Part shown: positions 29,704 to 32,565 of the stretch, piece after piece | Position numbering within the stretch: position 1 is the stretch's first letter | Layout: every line of letters begins with the position of its first letter | Source of the DNA: Tubiluchus corallicola | Lineage: Eukaryota > Animalia > Priapulida | Length of the DNA stretch: 32,565 bases | Assembly (NCBI GenBank): GCA_030141605.1 | Contig: JAQGDQ010001611.1 | Span: 1-32,565 of the forward strand | Direction of reading: 5' to 3' | The notes under the pieces: model-generated | Told to the model about the DNA's origin: nothing | The model's database searches: none | Seen by the model: the letters and a program-made list of their open reading frames with translations, nothing else | Program-made: the position numbers and the translations under genes

Positions 29704-30120
29704 AGCCTTTTCACAGTCCCAGCGATTGATGACGATCGTGAAAAAGTCAAAGGTTAAGTGTACCAGACAACACATTTGTGTACACTTGACAATGCCTCCC
29801 AGTCCATGCTATTGTAATACTAACAGTTTTCTCAGTTAGCTAGAACCTTACATAGTTCAATTTTTCTTGTTCCCAAGCAAGATCCTGCTAGTAAATCACT
29901 CTATACACAGACTAATGCCTAATTAAGTAAAACAACTGAGGCTACTGAACTGAGGTGGCAGACGGCTTTACTTTATCCACACGCGCAAAAACAACTGACG
30001 TTATTGAATTCATGTTTTGCGTTACCCACATGTCATGCGACGGTTGTAATTAAGACGTGTTGCTGTGGTACACTTGACCTTTGACCTACAGCAGTTGCGC
30101 ATCAAAACTGTGAAAAGGCT
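29704..30120 (-). mobile_element. MITE family A, complete reverse copy
   Basis: Perfect TIRs AGCCTTTTCACAGT...ACTGTGAAAAGGCT; internal sequence is the reverse complement of copy 1. Confidence 0.88.
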
Positions 30121-30208
30121 TACTATAACTTAACTAAGGAAAAAAAGTGAGATGTACCTTAGGCATTGAAAATCCAAAGTTTCAGTGATGAAATTGAGAA
30201 CTTGCGAA

Positions 30209-30454
30209 GATACGATTTTAATGTAACGCTTAAGTACAGGGTGTGATACGATTGTAATGTAACGCCTAGGTACAGGGTGTGATACAATTGTAATGTAACG
30301 CTTAGGTACAGGGTGTGATACGATTGTAATGTAACGCTTAGGTACACGGTGTGATACGATTGTAATATAACGCTTAGGTACAGGGTGTGATACGATTGTA
30401 ATGTAACGCTTAGGTACAGGGTGTGATACGATTGTAATGTAACGCTTAGGTACA
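30209..30454. repeat. 36-bp minisatellite, about 7 copies
   Basis: TACAGGGTGTGATACGATTGTAATGTAACGCTTAGG units. Confidence 0.95.
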
Positions 30455-31334
30455 TAGACGGTGGTAAGTTACAAGTTTGCTCATGTCAGTGAAAGTTATC
30501 AAAATGAAATTATTGATCAACCCTTGTTAGGTGAATTATGTAATATTTGTTAATTTTATGTTATTGTATTATTATTATGTGTTATTCAAAACCGTAAAAC
30601 CACAAAACCGTAAAAACCTATTGCAAGGTACCACCTCAGAACTACACCTGCATTGTTAATGCTGCAAAAATGTACAGCATAATAATAATACAGCATACTA
30701 CACCTATTAATCATTGGAAGTATCAATTAAGGTCATTTCAGGCACTCCACAGGGCTCACTTTTTGTCCCGCTTCTGTTTGTGCTGTACATTAATGACATT
30801 GACAGTGAAATCACGGCCAGGGAATCTACAGTGTCTAGATGTGTAGACACGTATTAACTAATTAAGAAAGTTGGAAGTGAAGACGACATTATTAAAATGA
30901 ACTAGGAAACGTACTCAAGGTTGCACTGTAGAATTGCTTTGATATTTGACGAACCTCGCCTTACCGCCAACCCCGCTATAACGGCATACGTGGCAATGTC
31001 CCAGGCCTGGCGTTATAACAAGGGTTTGACTGTACGATTTGATGTTTATTTCATTTTTAACTTCTCAAAGAAGTTATGCTAGATCTGTTGATTTTCTTTC
31101 CCGCTCTGCCTAAAAATATGAATTTTTAGTTGTAAATCTCAACCCTATTAGAATTTCTTAGATATTATTTTGTTGTTTATTAGTAATGTAGTTTAAAATA
31201 ATGCTAGAAGGTAAACATTTGTACACAGTTGCAAAATACATTGACGCGTTTCTTGATTAATCTTTGATTTAGAAATTCAATTTCTGGTTTTAATGATTAT
31301 ATTGTACTCTCTGTTATGTTGTAACCGTATAGTT

Positions 31335-31700
31335 TGCTTCAAGATTCCAAGATTTATTTCAAGATTTATTTCTAGTTTCAAGACATATTCCAAAATTTAT
31401 TTCAAGATTTGTTTAAGATTTCAAAATTTATTTCAAGATTTCAATATTTATTTCAAGATTTGTTTTAAGATTATAAATATTTATTTCAATATTGCAAAAT
31501 TTATTTCAAATTTCAAGACGTATTCCAAGATTTATTTCAAGATTTGTTTCAAGATTTCAAAATTTATTTCAAGATTTATTTTATTTAGCCAAACACTGAA
31601 AATGTTAAAGCTCTTTATAGATTCTGACCTATAATAACTAATTAGGAAAGGTTAACTATTATAACTAATTATAAAAGGTTAACTATTATAACTAATTAGA
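31335..31700. repeat. Degenerate AT-rich short tandem repeats
   Basis: AAGATTTATTTC-type units to about 31580; ATAACTAATT..AAAGGTTAACTATT x2-3 at 31631-31700. Confidence 0.8.
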
Positions 31701-32370
31701 AATTATGCTGATTAGTATGGCATGTTCAAATTTATTTTTCAAGCAAATTTTTACTCAGAGAAAAATGTCGAAGTTGAAATGCAATAACAAGAACTGTAAT
31801 AAAACTTCATTAACAATGAGAATATGAGAATGCTATAAGAATAGAAATATACTTCCAATTGAAAGGTAAAAATGAAAGAAATTTTTTCATCTTAGTAAGT
31901 TTTGACTACTGCAGTTCTGTAAAATTTAATCTAGCGTGTTGTAATCTACTAATGTTATTATGAATTCGTGTTAAAAATATTGATTATGAAGAAGTATAAT
32001 TCTGGAAGTAAAATATAATTTGCTAAAAATGTTGATTTTTTTATACTGTAATATGAAACAGACAAACCGATCAAGCTCTTGATGGATACTCTGTTTATAT
32101 ATTGTATACATAATATAAATGGCATCACAAGATGCGGAGACTGCGAGTTCATTTGTTTTTGTTAGTTTGCAAGGATTTATCCGCTGTTCTGCTATGCATT
32201 AAGTGATGGTTGTACAGTTGATGTGACATACAGCTGCCCCGGGTATCAAAACTTTTTTTACACGACCAGTATAGGTGGCTCTTGTATAGGTAGGTATTGT
32301 GCAACTGCAGCACCCCCTATTTTTGCTCGGTATTATCGATAACATTCAATATAATGAGTCTTTTTTTCAT

Positions 32371-32565
32371 TAATTCTTTCTTTATACTTGCACATGCTTG
32401 TAAATGCTTGTACAGAACGAGAGCACGCGATGTTTTTTAATTCTTTCTTTATACTTGTACATGCTTGTAAATGCTTGTACAGAACGAGAGCACGCGATGT
32501 TTTTTAATTCTTTCTTTATACTTGTACATGCTTGTAAATGCTTGTACAGAACGAGAGCACGCGAT
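32371..32565. repeat. 67-bp tandem repeat (3 or more copies, runs off the window) arising from within the family D repeat
   Basis: TAATTCTTTCTTTATACTTGTACATGCTTGTAAATGCTTGTACAGAACGAGAGCACGCGATGTTTT(T) at 32371, 32438 and 32505. Confidence 0.92.

Overview
AT-rich, repeat-dense animal (invertebrate-like) nuclear DNA with GT-AG introns; not prokaryotic. It holds three genes. (1) The last two exons (117-325, 3496-3761, +) of a small protein with neuropeptide-precursor hallmarks: a hydrophobic N-terminal stretch, KR/RRKR/RKR sites and two related TxGW-ending peptides. I cannot assign it to a known family. (2) Paraplegin/SPG7 (4783-7161, -), whose whole CDS is one exon. (3) A complete 10-exon WDR45B/WIPI3 gene (9407-28393, +, 348 aa) lying head-to-head with SPG7. 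Introns and flanks carry many minisatellites (23-165 bp units), several MITE families (one with 6-bp TSDs, one carrying DR1 and GCGCATGCGC motifs), a tRNA-headed SINE and a 5S-headed RTE-like element. Many arrays appear to be amplified junctions (transposon end plus flank, a poly(A) cassette, an intron-exon boundary). The clearest is a 62-bp array that preserves a synonymous variant of the WDR45B exon 7 start with its acceptor AG lost. All calls were made by eye; family assignments rest on recalled similarity and need database confirmation.
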